A DNA stretch of 64,000 nt from Octopus bimaculoides (Eukaryota). The translations under genes were made by a program, and so were the position numbers. Under the pieces are notes generated by a model. The model saw only the letters and a list, made by a program, of their open reading frames with translations, had not been told where the DNA came from and ran no database searches. Positions 63,006 to 64,000 of this stretch are shown here, one piece after another. The stretch covers positions 71,966,137 through 72,030,136 of the forward strand of contig NC_068981.1 in the NCBI RefSeq assembly GCF_001194135.2, in the 5' to 3' direction. The stretch's first letter is position 1. Each line of letters opens with the position of its first letter.

Positions 63006-63699
63006 TAGTATGCACACTGATATTACACATCCAGTGGAGCATACTGGCTTCATTCCTTGCGAGCCTATGCATGTCCTCATGAATATATTCTTTTATTCGT
63101 TTCAGCCATTTGGTTGCAGACATGCTGGNNNNNNNNNNNNNNNNNNNNNNNNNNNNNNNNNNNNNNNNNNNNNNNNNNNNNNNNNNNNNNNNNNNNNNNN
63201 NNNNNNNNNNNNNNNNNNNNNNNNNNNNNNNNNNNNNNNNNNNNNNNNNNNNNNNNNNNNNNNNNNNNNNNNNNNNNNNNNNNNNNNNNNNNNNNNNNNN
63301 NNNNNNNNNNNNNNNNNNNNNNNNNNNNNNNNNNNNNNNNNNNNNNNNNNNNNNNNNNNNNNNNNNNNNNNNNNNNNNNNNNNNNNNNNNNNNNNNNNNN
63401 NNNNNNNNNNNNNNNNNNNNNNNNNNNNNNNNNNNNNNNNNNNNNNNNNNNNNNNNNNNNNNNNNNNNNNNNNNNNNNNNNNNNNNNNNNNNNNNNNNNN
63501 NNNNNNNNNNNNNNNNNNNNNNNNNNNNNNNNNNNNNNNNNNNNNNNNNNNNNNNNNNNNNNNNNNNNNNNNNNNNNNNNNNNNNNNNNNNNNNNNNNNN
63601 NNNNNNNNNNNNNNNNNNNNNNNNNNNNNNNNNNNNNNNNNNNNNNNNNNNNNNNNNNNNNNNNNNNNNNNNNNNNNNNNNNNNNNNNNNNNNNNNNNN

Positions 63700-63730
<31 letters not shown>

Positions 63731-63963
63731 GTGCGTATATGTTTGTGTGTGCATATGTATTTTGCCATCATGGTTGTAGATGAACATCACTGTCATGGCT
63801 ATGGGGAAAATTTTGCTTCACTGGGAGACAGGTAAAGCTTGGCAACAGGAAGGGCATCTAGCCATAAGAAATCTGTTTCAGCAAACTCCATGCAAGCATA
63901 GGAAAGTGGACATTCATGCTGATGATGTGTGAGTGTGTGTGTGTGTGTGTGTATGTGTGTGTG

Positions 63964-64000
<37 letters not shown>

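Overview
AT-rich, repeat-saturated animal DNA from a draft assembly, with 15 N gaps (about 4.6 kb, nearly all next to (TA)n). The repeat repertoire resembles octopus/coleoid genomes; this is inference from tRNA-derived SINE structure, not a database match. I found no host protein-coding exon I can support, and nearly all supplied ORFs are microsatellite or gap artefacts. The window is a graveyard of mobile elements: three tRNA-SINE families (labelled SINE-A, SINE-B and OR-like here), RTE and CR1 LINE 3' ends, R4/Dong-clade RLE LINE fragments sitting in (TAA)n and (TATG)n microsatellites, mariner (DD34D), maT (DD37D), pogo, hAT and piggyBac-like elements, and two LTR-like segments. The main discovery is four sequence-unrelated minimal type I hammerhead-ribozyme motifs between 13.6 and 30.5 kb. 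Two lie beside Penelope-like (GIY-YIG) ORF remnants and two lie in ORF-less fold-back mini-elements. All have a self-complementary stem III, as in dimer-cleaving PLE hammerheads. One PLE insertion with a 13-bp TSD also carries a tRNA-like Pol III head inside its pseudo-LTR. Folds were derived by eye and no activity is demonstrated. Most element boundaries are approximate unless a TSD or TIR is quoted.
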